Shown here piece by piece: positions 1 to 9,801 of a stretch of 64,000 bases of DNA. This stretch comes from Candidatus Rariloculaceae bacterium (GTDB lineage Bacteria > Pseudomonadota > Gammaproteobacteria > Steroidobacterales > Rariloculaceae): NCBI GenBank assembly GCA_965205045.1, contig OZ242031.1:4572044-4636043 (forward strand). Reading direction: 5' to 3'. Position 1 is the stretch's first letter, and every line of letters starts with the position of its first letter. The translations under genes and the position numbers were made by a program. Below the pieces are notes generated by a model. That model was not told the origin of the DNA. It saw nothing but the letters and a program-made list of their open reading frames with translations, and searched no databases.

Positions 1-552
1 CTTGGAGGCGATGGCGGTCATGTGAGTGGCACGGTAGGCGAATTCGATACGCAACTGGGGATCGTTGCCGAAGGAACCGCCCGGACCCTGGTGTCCCATG
101 TCCGTCGCCGACAACGCGAAGTGGCCTTCCATGACGGGCAGGCAGCCGTCGGCAGCGGCGATGCGCACGGAAACATTTCCGCAATGCCCGCCGCAACCGG
201 TCTGAAGATAGCGCTGCCGCCAGGTGTCCGTCGGCAACAACACCTGGAATCCCGTGGACGGCGCCAGCATGCCCTGAACGTCGCAAACGGCAATACCCTC
301 GAACGTCGACAAAGCCACGCTCGTGATTCGGCTGCCGTCGCCTCCGATCGCCGCCAGATCAAAACTCCGGAGGGACTCGCAACTCGTGACGGGTGTGACG
401 ACTGCCAGGGGTTCGCGACCGGTTGCGGATTCGTCAACCGGTCCGGATTCGTCAACCACAACGGGAGATTCTGAGTCGCAGGCGGCAAGCATGCCCGCGC
501 AAACAAGAATGAAACCAGCGGCCCCTGACGAGCCGGCTCTCACGCTAAACAT
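1..552 (-). CDS. Tannase/feruloyl-esterase-family lipoprotein, N-terminal part (gene runs off the left edge)
   Basis: Absent from the ORF track because it has no stop in the window. Hand translation of the minus strand from ATG 552 gives MFSVRAGSSGAAGFILVCAGMLAAC (lipobox LAAC) ...LPTDTWRQRYLQTGCGGHCG...SATDMGHQGPGG. I associate these motifs with tannase/feruloyl esterase hydrolases. Confidence 0.55.
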   Translation of the reverse strand, partial: MFSVRAGSSGAAGFILVCAGMLAACDSESPVVVDESGPVDESATGREPLAVVTPVTSCESLRSFDLAAIGGDGSRITSVALSTFEGIAVCDVQGMLAPSTGFQVLLPTDTWRQRYLQTGCGGHCGNVSVRIAAADGCLPVMEGHFALSATDMGHQGPGGSFGNDPQLRIEFAYRATHMTAIASK

Positions 553-649
553 AGGCTTCCCGCTCCTTGATCCGGTGAAACTCGCCTTTCGCGGTCGGCA
601 ACTTGGTCGGCCGGGCCGGTTCCACAGCCACATGATTGTCCATCCGGCG

Positions 650-2314
650 CTAGAAATCATACGCAAGTGTAATCCCATAGGTGCGCGGGCGGTTGACGTT
701 GACCGTGATTTCGTTCGCGCGGTCGGGTGGCCGAAATCCCCCGATGCCGCTCGTCGCCTGAAGTTCATCTTCCAGATTACGCAGAAAGAGGCCGATGCCG
801 AGCCGCTGATCCGCGCTGCGGTAGGTAAGGTTCAAATCCGTTCGAGTGAAGCTCCCCTGCTCGTACTGGAATGCATTGGGAATGTCGGACATGAGATAGC
901 CGCTGCTGTACTTGGTACGGACTCTTCCGATCAGCGTGGCGCCGTTTTCCAGTGCGAAATTGCGGGAATACGTGACAGCGCCGGCAGCCTCGGGCATGCG
1001 ATCGAGCGCAAACCCATCCCACGACGTAAACGGAACACCCGGTCCGAATGGCGTATTCCCCCGGGCGCCGGCGTCGAAATCAACGTATTGAGAATCTCCC
1101 AATCGCAACTCAAGATCGAGTTGAGACTGATCGTCAGGACGCCATGAGAGCTCGTTTTCCCAACCCGAGACCTCCGTCGGTGCGGTGACCGTGAACAACA
1201 CGAACGTGGCAAACGCGACCTCACGAACATACGAGAGTTGCATCACCTCGTAGTCGTAAAAGAACACCGACGTGTTGTAGGTCAGCGTATCGGTTATATC
1301 CCCCTTGTAGCCGGCTTCGTAGGCGATCAGGTCTTCCGGACTGTAGTAGTCGGCTCCGGCCAGGGGCCCGGCCGGCCCGAAGTCGCTGAAACCGCCCGCC
1401 TTGTATCCTGTGGCGATGGAGCCGTAGATCATGCCCGTATCGCTCACGTCGTAGTCCAGGCCCAGGCGATACGTCACCTTGGTGTTCTCCTGATCGGCGT
1501 TGTTGGGAACACCGATACAGGGATCCGGGGCGCGGCAGGGTTCGCCATCGGGATTGCGCCAGGCATTCGGCGGCACTCCCGGCGGGGGCGGCCCGGGCGG
1601 GTAGCCCGTTCCGAGAGCAAATGTGCCGCGGCGACTGACGCCATCTTCCGACCAGCGCAGTCCGAAAGTGAGGGTCAGATCTTCCCTCCAGCCTTCGCTG
1701 TTATTCGAATTCAGGGCCAGCCTGAGCTTGACGTTGTCGGACACCGGCATGTCCAGTCCCGCCGTCGTTCGAATCGTGTTGAAGTTACTCAATTCGAGAT
1801 CGATCTTGCCGCCGAATTCCTCGCCGGGCCGCCGGGTAACCACACTAACGACACCGCCGGACGTGGCCTTGCCGAACAGCGTACCCTGCGGCCCGCGCAA
1901 TACCTCGATACGCTCGATGTCGAAGAACGCAAGTGCCCGTTCTCGTGGACGCCCGACATTGATGCCGTTGATCGTGTACCCGATACCCTCGTTACCCTTG
2001 GGCGTACTATCCGTTGTGGTGATGCCGCGTATGGCGATGACGGGACCGAAGAACCCGTTTTCGACCTCGACTCCAGGCGCGACATTGGGTAGGTCATGGA
2101 TGTCCGTGATGCCGGATTCAATCAGGGCATCCCCCGTCAGCACGGTGAGCGCGATGGGCGTTTCCTGCGCCGTGCCGCCCATCTTCGTGGCAGTAACAAC
2201 GATCTCTTCCAGGACATTGTCATCGCCGGCCGCATCCTGTGCGTACACTGGCGTGACAGCGGACAAGGTGAGTCCGGCAACGAAGCAAATGAGGTATTCT
2301 CGCGGGCGAATCAT
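650..2314 (-). CDS. TonB-dependent receptor (short, about 554 aa)
   Basis: ORF 650..2347. ATG at 2314 is preceded by AGGGGAGAG. Signal peptide ends ...TPVYAQD. Plug motifs EEIVVTATK and IERIEVLRGPQGTLFGK. C-terminus is ...TLAYDF. Confidence 0.85.
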   Translation of the reverse strand: MIRPREYLICFVAGLTLSAVTPVYAQDAAGDDNVLEEIVVTATKMGGTAQETPIALTVLTGDALIESGITDIHDLPNVAPGVEVENGFFGPVIAIRGITTTDSTPKGNEGIGYTINGINVGRPRERALAFFDIERIEVLRGPQGTLFGKATSGGVVSVVTRRPGEEFGGKIDLELSNFNTIRTTAGLDMPVSDNVKLRLALNSNNSEGWREDLTLTFGLRWSEDGVSRRGTFALGTGYPPGPPPPGVPPNAWRNPDGEPCRAPDPCIGVPNNADQENTKVTYRLGLDYDVSDTGMIYGSIATGYKAGGFSDFGPAGPLAGADYYSPEDLIAYEAGYKGDITDTLTYNTSVFFYDYEVMQLSYVREVAFATFVLFTVTAPTEVSGWENELSWRPDDQSQLDLELRLGDSQYVDFDAGARGNTPFGPGVPFTSWDGFALDRMPEAAGAVTYSRNFALENGATLIGRVRTKYSSGYLMSDIPNAFQYEQGSFTRTDLNLTYRSADQRLGIGLFLRNLEDELQATSGIGGFRPPDRANEITVNVNRPRTYGITLAYDF

Positions 2315-2485
2315 GATCTCTCCCCTTTCGTCAGCAATCGCTTGCACTGTTAAGGCACACTAGAAATACATAGCTATCTATATATAATTTGACCATAACG
2401 CGGAAATTTTTCAAATTCAACCGATGGGCTATCTCTTCCAACATGACATGACGGCACAATGGCCTGACTGCGAGTGATTGTTTCC
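2315..2485. promoter_or_regulatory. AT-rich divergent intergenic region between the receptor operon and the MarR operon; candidate MarR operator
   Basis: This stretch is markedly AT-richer than its flanks (tagaaatacatagctatctatatataatttgacc). It contains the perfect 8-bp palindrome ATAGCTAT at 2370..2377. The promoter and operator roles are inferred only. Confidence 0.3.
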
Positions 2486-2968
2486 ATGAAAAATCCTGTC
2501 GAGACGACTCAGGCGTGCGGCCTGTCCCTGTCCGAAAGCGTCGCGGCCATCATGCGGTCGCTGGCACGTGACTACACGCGCGCGCTGGAACGCCGTATTG
2601 CCGCGCACAACGTCACGGTCAGCATGTGGTTCCCGTTACGAATACTCTGGGAAGAAGATGGGATTACCCAGAATGAAATTCAGCAGAGGCTCGGTCTGGC
2701 CCAACCGACACTGACCATCGCTCTGGAGCGGCTCGAACGGCGTGGGCTGATCGTGCGGCAACGCAGCGAAACGGACCGCCGCAAGATTCGCGTTCGCCTT
2801 ACCCGTGAAGGTATTGTTCTGAAGGACGAAGTTCTACACTACGCGGACGAGGTTCAGGCGATCGCCACAAAGAACGTCTCCAAAGGGGAACTCGATATGC
2901 TCTACCGCGTCTTCGCAAAAATGAGAGAATCACTCGAAGCAGAGCAGGAGACAACGCGTGTCCGCTAA
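2486..2968 (+). CDS. MarR-family transcriptional regulator
   Basis: ORF 2474..2968 (GTG 2474, ATG 2486). Winged-helix stretch: [47 protein letters not shown]. Confidence 0.85.
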   Translation: MKNPVETTQACGLSLSESVAAIMRSLARDYTRALERRIAAHNVTVSMWFPLRILWEEDGITQNEIQQRLGLAQPTLTIALERLERRGLIVRQRSETDRRKIRVRLTREGIVLKDEVLHYADEVQAIATKNVSKGELDMLYRVFAKMRESLEAEQETTRVR

Positions 2969-5900
2969 GGTATACGAATTCGCGTTCTCGGTCCTGCTGT
3001 ACGCCATCTACCGGGCCATTCGGCTCACGGCCTGGCGGCATCGGGATTTCGCAGACCGCCTTCGAGAACGGAACCTGGTTGCGCAGATGCGCGCCAGGGA
3101 AGGACCGGGACGATATTTCGTCATAAGGGAGGGAACGGTTTCGTCGCGGCACGGTATCCACCCGGCGCCGGACGTGACGGTCGGGTTCAAATCGGCGCGT
3201 CTGGCCCTTCGCATATTCCTGAATCCGGGCGATCAGCTCGGACGAATCAACGCCGCCAAGACATTCAGCATGACTCTGGATGGCCCGGAGGACAAATCCA
3301 TCTGGTTCATGTTCACGCTCGAGAGCATGGTCTCTGCGGGCTGGCGTTATGGCATCGATGTCGGCAACGGCGAGACGCGCTACTGCAACATGGCCAACGG
3401 CGGTCCGCTGTTCGTCTATGTCCGCGACGGCAAGATCGTGCGCATGACCCCGATCGTATTCGACGGCGACGACCCCCAGCCCTGGTCCATCAGGGCAAAG
3501 GGCAAGACCTTCACCCCGCCCCGAAAAACGACGCTCGCGCCCCACGGCCAGAATGTCAAGTCCATCGTCTATTCTCCCGACCGGTTGCTCCACCCGATGA
3601 AGCGCGTCGATTTCGACCCGGACGGGGAGAGAAACCCCGAGAATCGGGGGGTCTCCGGCTACGAGCGCATAAGCTGGGACGAAGCGCTCGATATCGTCGC
3701 AAACGAGATCAAGCGGCAGAAAACCGTTCACGGACCGGGATCGATTGCCTGCAGTCACCCGTCCCATCACACGTGGGGCAACATCGGCTACTACCTGAGC
3801 GCTCTGCGCAAATTCGAGAACGCGGTGGGAATGACCGAAGTCCACCACAACCCGGATAGCTGGGAAGGCTGGTACTGGGGGGCAAGTCACCACTGGGGCG
3901 GCTCCATGCGCGTGGGGCAGTGCGAGACCTACGGCACCGTAGAGGACTGTCTGAAAGAAGCGGAAATGATCGTATTCTGGTCAAGCAACCCGGAATCGAA
4001 CAGCGGCGCTTACGGCGCCCTTGAGGGCACGGTCCGCCGAAAGTGGCTCAAGGAAGCCGGCATCAAGCTCGTGCATATCGACCCGTACTTCAATGACTCG
4101 ATCCAGTTTCTCGGAGGCAAGTGGATCGCGCCCCGCCCGACGACAAGCCCCGCGCTCGCAATCGCCATTGCCTACGTCTGGATCACGGAAGACCTGTACG
4201 ACAAGGACTACATTGCAACGCATACGACCGGATTCGAGACATGGCGGGACTACGTACTCGGCAAATCCGACGGCATACCCAAGTCACCCGAATGGCAGGA
4301 GGACGAGACCGGCGTGCCTGCGAGCGACGTCAGGGCGCTGGCCAGGGAATGGGGCACGAAGAAAACCTACCTCGGGGCGGGCGCCTGGGGTAACGGCCAT
4401 GGCGGCGCCTGCCGCAACGCCACCGGCATTCAATGGGCGCGAACGATGGTCTGTCTCATTGCCATGCAGGGATTGGGCAAGCCGGGCGTCAATATGGGGA
4501 ACCTGCAGTGGGGCACGCCGCAGGACTTCAATTTCTATTTTCCGGGTTACGCCGACGGCGGAATGTCGGGCGATCTGCGCAAGACATCCATGTCCGTCGC
4601 GCTGTACCAGCGCATGCCGCAACTCCCCTCGATCAATACCAACACGCAGGTCATCCCGAGGATGCAGCTTCCCGAAGCGATTATCGACGGCAAGGCCGAA
4701 GGTTACGCCTGGGACGGCTCGAGCATCGAGGCACAGTTCACCAAGATCACTTACCCCAAGCCGGGATTTTCCCCGGTACACATGCTCTACAAGTACGGCG
4801 GATCCCTCGTGTCGACCATGCCGAACAGCAACCGCTACATCAGGATGTTCCGGTCGCCGAACCTGGAATTTGTCGTCAATCAGAACATCTGGATGGAGGG
4901 GGACACCCTGTTCGCCGACATCATTCTGCCGGCCTGCACGAACTTCGAGCGGCCGGACATCAGCGAGTGGGCCGGGCTCGGCGGCTATGCGCATCACGGC
5001 GAGATGCAACTCAATCATCGCGTCATCACGTTTCAGCACAAGTGCATCGAGCCCCTGGGCGAGTCGAAGTCGGACTTCACCATCTTCAGGGAAATCTGCG
5101 AGCGGCTGGGACTGGCAGCCTATTTCTGCGAGGGCGTCAACGAACTCGGTTGGGTCAAACGCCAGTTCGAAGGGTCTGACCTTCCGAAATACATCTCATG
5201 GAAAAAGTTCATCCGCAAAGGGTACTTTGTAGTCCCGACGGAGAAGGAAAAGTTGCGCGTACCCGTCTCCTGGAACTGGTTCTACGAGGGCAGGAAGAAG
5301 GACGTGCCGGAACCCATGCCGCTGCCGTCCGATTATTCGGAGGAGTACCTGAAGGGGCTGCAGACGCAGTCGGGGAAAATCGAGTTCGATTGCGAGAGCC
5401 TCAAGCGGTTCGATCCGGACTGCGAAGAGCGGCCGACCATCGTCAAGTACCAGCGCGCCGACGAGAGCCCGAACGGGGAAGGCTATGAAGCGTATCCCCT
5501 GCAGCTCATCTCGCCGCACCCCCGCTTCTCGTTCCACACCCAGGGCGACGGCAAGGACAGCTTTCTCAACGACATTCCCGAACACCGCGTCCTCATCGAC
5601 GGCTACTACTACTGGATCGCTCGCCTCAATCCCGCCGATGCGGAGGCTCGGGGCATCGAGGAGGACGATCTCGTACGTCTGCACAACGCACGCGGCGCCG
5701 TCATCTGCGCCGCAAAGCTCACCCACCGCGTCGAGCCGGGAGTCGTCCACTCATACGAATCCTCCGCCATCTACGACCCGGTCGGCGAGCCAGGCTACTC
5801 CGCCGACAGGGGCGGCTCGGTGAACCTGCTTTCGTCCAGCCGCTCGCAGATTCGCAAGGCCCACTCCATGGGGGCGAGTTGCTGCCAGATCGAAGTCGAC

Positions 5901-5990
5901 AAATGGCACCCGGACCAGGCTTCGATGCCCCCTCCGACGCACCGGAAGTTCGCAGGGACTGAAGAGTCTTCTGCCAGGCAAACAGCATGA
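2958..5990 (+). CDS. Molybdopterin oxidoreductase catalytic subunit, pyrogallol hydroxytransferase (AthL)-like, with an extra N-terminal region of about 135 aa
   Basis: 1010-aa ORF. GTG 2958 lies 7 nt after GGAG. From about aa 140 it reads [18 protein letters not shown]...[11 protein letters not shown]...[12 protein letters not shown]...[14 protein letters not shown]...[10 protein letters not shown], resembling my recollection of the Pelobacter transhydroxylase large subunit. Confidence 0.85.
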   Translation: MSAKVYEFAFSVLLYAIYRAIRLTAWRHRDFADRLRERNLVAQMRAREGPGRYFVIREGTVSSRHGIHPAPDVTVGFKSARLALRIFLNPGDQLGRINAAKTFSMTLDGPEDKSIWFMFTLESMVSAGWRYGIDVGNGETRYCNMANGGPLFVYVRDGKIVRMTPIVFDGDDPQPWSIRAKGKTFTPPRKTTLAPHGQNVKSIVYSPDRLLHPMKRVDFDPDGERNPENRGVSGYERISWDEALDIVANEIKRQKTVHGPGSIACSHPSHHTWGNIGYYLSALRKFENAVGMTEVHHNPDSWEGWYWGASHHWGGSMRVGQCETYGTVEDCLKEAEMIVFWSSNPESNSGAYGALEGTVRRKWLKEAGIKLVHIDPYFNDSIQFLGGKWIAPRPTTSPALAIAIAYVWITEDLYDKDYIATHTTGFETWRDYVLGKSDGIPKSPEWQEDETGVPASDVRALAREWGTKKTYLGAGAWGNGHGGACRNATGIQWARTMVCLIAMQGLGKPGVNMGNLQWGTPQDFNFYFPGYADGGMSGDLRKTSMSVALYQRMPQLPSINTNTQVIPRMQLPEAIIDGKAEGYAWDGSSIEAQFTKITYPKPGFSPVHMLYKYGGSLVSTMPNSNRYIRMFRSPNLEFVVNQNIWMEGDTLFADIILPACTNFERPDISEWAGLGGYAHHGEMQLNHRVITFQHKCIEPLGESKSDFTIFREICERLGLAAYFCEGVNELGWVKRQFEGSDLPKYISWKKFIRKGYFVVPTEKEKLRVPVSWNWFYEGRKKDVPEPMPLPSDYSEEYLKGLQTQSGKIEFDCESLKRFDPDCEERPTIVKYQRADESPNGEGYEAYPLQLISPHPRFSFHTQGDGKDSFLNDIPEHRVLIDGYYYWIARLNPADAEARGIEEDDLVRLHNARGAVICAAKLTHRVEPGVVHSYESSAIYDPVGEPGYSADRGGSVNLLSSSRSQIRKAHSMGASCCQIEVDKWHPDQASMPPPTHRKFAGTEESSARQTA

Positions 5991-6832
5991 AGAAGTGGAA
6001 CCTCATCGTCGACGTTGCCGAATGCACGAACTGCAACCTGTGCACACTGGCAAACCAGGACGAGCACGTCGGCAACGAGTTTGAAGGCTACGCGGCGCCG
6101 ATGCCACGCCACCGCAACCGATGGATCGAGATCCTCTCCCGCGAGCGCGGTCACGGCCCGGTAATGGACGTCGCCCACGTACCGGTCATGTGTCAGCACT
6201 GCGACGACGCGCCATGTGTGTCCGCCGCAGAAAACGGCGCAGTGACAAAGCGCGAAGACGGTATCGTCGTCATCGACCCGGTCAAGGCGAAAGGCCAGAA
6301 GGCGATCGCCGACGCCTGCCCCTACGGCGCGGTGCGCTGGAACGAAGACGCCGAACTGCCGCAGCACTGGTTCTTCGACGCCCATCTGCTCGACAACGGT
6401 TGGGACGAACCGCGCTGCAGCCAGGTCTGTGCAACGGGCGCCCTGCAGGCCGTCAAGGTGACCGACGCGGAAATGGCGCAACTCAAGGAGCGGGACGGCC
6501 TTCGCGAGCTCAAGCCGGAAGCGAGAACGCAGCCGCGAATTCATTACAGGAATTTGCATCGGTTTACGCACGAGTTCGTTGGCGGTACCGTCGTTGCGAC
6601 GGTAAACGGCGTCACCGACTGCGTGGCGGGCGCGTCCGTAAGACTGTCGGCGTCGAGCACAACCGTAGGAGAGACTGTCACTGACGCCTTCGGCGAATTC
6701 AAGATCGACTACCTGGAGCCCGACAGCGGCGAATACGAGCTTGCGATCGAAATCGACGGACGGGCGGTCAAGGCGCTGCGCGTGGAGGTCACCGACAGTG
6801 TCTACCTCGGCAGAATCGATTTGACCGCCTGA
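5987..6832 (+). CDS. 4Fe-4S ferredoxin-type beta subunit of the molybdoenzyme (BthL-like)
   Basis: ATGA overlap with the alpha-subunit stop (5987..5990). Cys clusters CTNCNLC and CQHCDDAPC. The C-terminal beta-sandwich-like tail [22 protein letters not shown] is as in the transhydroxylase small subunit. Confidence 0.85.
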   Translation: MKKWNLIVDVAECTNCNLCTLANQDEHVGNEFEGYAAPMPRHRNRWIEILSRERGHGPVMDVAHVPVMCQHCDDAPCVSAAENGAVTKREDGIVVIDPVKAKGQKAIADACPYGAVRWNEDAELPQHWFFDAHLLDNGWDEPRCSQVCATGALQAVKVTDAEMAQLKERDGLRELKPEARTQPRIHYRNLHRFTHEFVGGTVVATVNGVTDCVAGASVRLSASSTTVGETVTDAFGEFKIDYLEPDSGEYELAIEIDGRAVKALRVEVTDSVYLGRIDLTA

Positions 6833-6905
6833 CGGGCACGGTGCCGAACACAACCGACACAATTGCATCGGTGGCCGCAGGGCGCATCCACCAGGGAACA
6901 CGAAC

Positions 6906-7895
6906 ATGATTGCGAGCTACAAGGACCGATTCCGCAGTTCGGCAATCCTCCTGCTCATCGCTACGCTCACGCCTGCCGTAGGGCTGGCCGAGCGCTTTCG
7001 CATGGGCGTTCCCACTCCCCCAACCCATGTCTGGACCATCGAAGCGATGGCCTTCGCCGAGAATCTCGAGGAACGGACGCAGGGCGCCCACTCGGTCGCC
7101 GTTTTCCCCGCCGGCCAACTCGGTAACGACGCGCAAATGCTGCAACAACTGCAGACCGGCGCGCTGGACATGGTCTTCATGCCCATCGCGGAGATCACCA
7201 ACAGGCTGCCCGAGTTCGGCGCGCTGTACGCCCCCTACCTTGTCGACGATGTCGCGAGCGCGTCAGTTTTGTTGAACAGCGACATCGCCCGGGGGCTGCT
7301 GGATCAGCTTCCCGCCAGAATCGGGGTCGTCGGAATCGGCTATGCGCTTGGAGGAATGCGGCAGATCGTGTCCCGAGATGCCATTTCCTCGGCGGAGGAT
7401 CTGCGGGGACTCAAGTTGCGCGTCACGCCGTTGGAGCCCATCAGGGACTTCTATCTCGAGCTCGGTGCGGCGCCCATCCCGTTGCCCATCGGTTCCGTCT
7501 ACGACGCTCTCGCCAACGGCCAGATTGACGCCATCGACATGGACATGGAGAACACCTGGAAGCAGCGATACCACTCCCTCGGCGAGACCGTCGTGCTGTC
7601 GAATCACATGATGTTCCCGATGATCGGGCTGGTCTCTGGCGTACGCTGGCGTACGCTGACGCCGGAAATGAGAGAGCTCGTCAGCTCGCTGATGACCGAG
7701 CACTTCTCGTCGATCGCGGCAACCTACGTGCAGGCGGAGATGGAGTACGAGGCGCAGCTACGGGAAGCCGGCATCGAGGTCCTGCGAGCCGGGCCGGAAT
7801 TCTTCGGAGGCGCACTGGAGCGATGGGAAGAGAAGTGGCTTGTAACCGCTCCGATTCTCGAAGATCTGCGCCACCTCGCGGGCACCTTGCCTTAG
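6906..7895 (+). CDS. dctP: TRAP transporter substrate-binding protein (DctP family)
   Basis: 329 aa with a signal peptide (AILLLIATLTPAVGLA). DctP-like stretches: FPAGQLGNDAQMLQQLQTGALDM and LKLRV. Followed by the Q and M subunits. Confidence 0.85.
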   Translation: MIASYKDRFRSSAILLLIATLTPAVGLAERFRMGVPTPPTHVWTIEAMAFAENLEERTQGAHSVAVFPAGQLGNDAQMLQQLQTGALDMVFMPIAEITNRLPEFGALYAPYLVDDVASASVLLNSDIARGLLDQLPARIGVVGIGYALGGMRQIVSRDAISSAEDLRGLKLRVTPLEPIRDFYLELGAAPIPLPIGSVYDALANGQIDAIDMDMENTWKQRYHSLGETVVLSNHMMFPMIGLVSGVRWRTLTPEMRELVSSLMTEHFSSIAATYVQAEMEYEAQLREAGIEVLRAGPEFFGGALERWEEKWLVTAPILEDLRHLAGTLP

Positions 7896-7955
7896 GCGCC
7901 ACTGCCCAGCACGCCAGGCATCCCACGGCGAAGGTTCCCCCGAATTCAAGCGACA

Positions 7956-8519
7956 ATGCACCTATCGCGACTGTCCGATGCGCTGCTTCGCCTGGAGAAG
8001 CTGCTGATCACGGCGCTGGCGGCCGTTCTCGTTCTTCTGATTCTTCTGAGTATTGTCACGCGTGCCGCCGGTGCGCCCATCTTCTGGGTTGACGAGCTGG
8101 CCATCTACACGATGATCTGGATGGCACTCATCGGCGCCTCTGCGATGGTCAGGATGCGCTCCGGAGTCGCCGTGGTGCTGGTAACGGAGCTACTTCCGGC
8201 CACTCTCCGGAGATACGTCGCACGGTCGGTGGACGTACTCGTCGTCTTGTTCGCGGCCGTGGTGCTTTACCTGTGCTGGGGCTGGTACGAGCCGCTCTCG
8301 CTGGCGCGTAGCGGCTTCGACGGAGATCTGTTTGTTCGGAATACCTTCAATTTCATCTATAACGAACCCACCAACACGATCGGCATCAGGAAGTTCTGGA
8401 TCTGGCTGGCCGTTCCGCTGATGGCGCTCGGCATGACGCTGCACGCGGTCGCAAACCTGCTGGAAGGTCCGCCCGAGGACGCGGCGGGGGACGACGGCAG
8501 CCAGACGCCGATGAGCTAG
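7956..8519 (+). CDS. dctQ: TRAP transporter small permease (DctQ family)
   Basis: 187 aa, four hydrophobic segments, located between the dctP-like and dctM-like genes. Confidence 0.8.
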   Translation: MHLSRLSDALLRLEKLLITALAAVLVLLILLSIVTRAAGAPIFWVDELAIYTMIWMALIGASAMVRMRSGVAVVLVTELLPATLRRYVARSVDVLVVLFAAVVLYLCWGWYEPLSLARSGFDGDLFVRNTFNFIYNEPTNTIGIRKFWIWLAVPLMALGMTLHAVANLLEGPPEDAAGDDGSQTPMS

Positions 8520-8529
8520 AGCGTAGACA

Positions 8530-9798
8530 GTGATTGGCCTGATCTTTCTCCTGCTTCTCTTCCTGGGCGTCCCGATTGCCTTCGTGCTGCTCGGTACCTC
8601 ATTGGCCTATATCGAACTCTCCGATAACTCCGTTCTGTTTCAGTCCTTTCCTCAACAACTCTTCAGCGGCATCGAGAAATACGGCCTGATGGCCATTCCG
8701 CTGTTCATGCTCGCCGGCGAGATCATGAATCGCGGCGGGCTGATCCGCCGCCTGATCGGGCTCGCAAGCATTTTCGTCTCCGGCCTCCGCGGCGGCCTGA
8801 CCTACATCAACCTGCTCGCCAACATGATGATGGCCTCCATCATCGGTTCGGCAACCGCACAGATATCGATCATGACCCAGGCCATGGTCCCGGAAATGGA
8901 GAAGTCAGGTTACAGGCGGGATTTCGCCGCTGCGACCACGGCCGCCGGCGGACTCCTGTCGCCCATCATCCCGCCATCGATGCTGTTCATCATCTTCGGC
9001 GTCCTCGGCCAGATTGCCATCGGCGACCTGTTTATCGCCGGCATCGTCCCGGGTCTCATGCTGGCGTCGGGCTTTATCCTGGTCGTCGCGCTGCTCGGAA
9101 TCGTTCATGATTTTCCGCGAGGGCGGTGGCCGACAGGCAAGGAGATGCTGCGCGCCGCACTGAGGGGACTGCCATCGACGACCGTGCCGATCGTTATCGT
9201 CGGCGGCATCCTGCTCGGAATCTTCTCACCGACGGAATCGGCCGCGGCAGCCGCTCTCACAGCGCTGGTCATCGGCAGATTCGTTCACAAGGAACTCGCG
9301 TTCGACGAGCTTCCCGACATGCTGCTGCGAACCGCGATCAACTCGACGACGGTGCTGTTTCTGATCGCAACGGCGAACGTCTTCGGCTGGGTCATCGTAT
9401 TCGAAGAAGTACCGCAGCGCCTGACGCTCTGGTTGACCCAACTCTCGGACGATCCATTCGTCTTCATGGTGCTGGTCAACCTGGGACTGCTCCTGATCGG
9501 CGCCTTTATCGACTCGATCGCCGCTCTGATCCTCATCGTGCCGCTGCTGCTGCCGATCGCGGTACAGACTTACGGAATCGACCCCTTCCACTTCGGTGTC
9601 GTCATCTGCATCAACCTTGTACTGGGCATCCTGACGCCACCTGTAGGGACAGGTCTCTTTATCTCTGCAACACTGGCACGCGTAAGGCCCGGGAAACTGT
9701 TCATCGCCCTGCTCCCGTTTCTGTTGGTCACCTTCGGCATTCTCATCCTGCTGAGCTGGCAACCCCAGCTTGTGACCTTCGTCCTGACGGGCCGGTAG
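8530..9798 (+). CDS. dctM: TRAP transporter large permease (DctM family)
   Basis: 422 aa, polytopic, GTG start. Typical DctM N-terminus: GVPIAFVLLGTSLAY...GLMAIPLFMLAGEIMNRGG. Confidence 0.9.
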   Translation: MIGLIFLLLLFLGVPIAFVLLGTSLAYIELSDNSVLFQSFPQQLFSGIEKYGLMAIPLFMLAGEIMNRGGLIRRLIGLASIFVSGLRGGLTYINLLANMMMASIIGSATAQISIMTQAMVPEMEKSGYRRDFAAATTAAGGLLSPIIPPSMLFIIFGVLGQIAIGDLFIAGIVPGLMLASGFILVVALLGIVHDFPRGRWPTGKEMLRAALRGLPSTTVPIVIVGGILLGIFSPTESAAAAALTALVIGRFVHKELAFDELPDMLLRTAINSTTVLFLIATANVFGWVIVFEEVPQRLTLWLTQLSDDPFVFMVLVNLGLLLIGAFIDSIAALILIVPLLLPIAVQTYGIDPFHFGVVICINLVLGILTPPVGTGLFISATLARVRPGKLFIALLPFLLVTFGILILLSWQPQLVTFVLTGR

Positions 9799-9801
9799 CG
9801 A

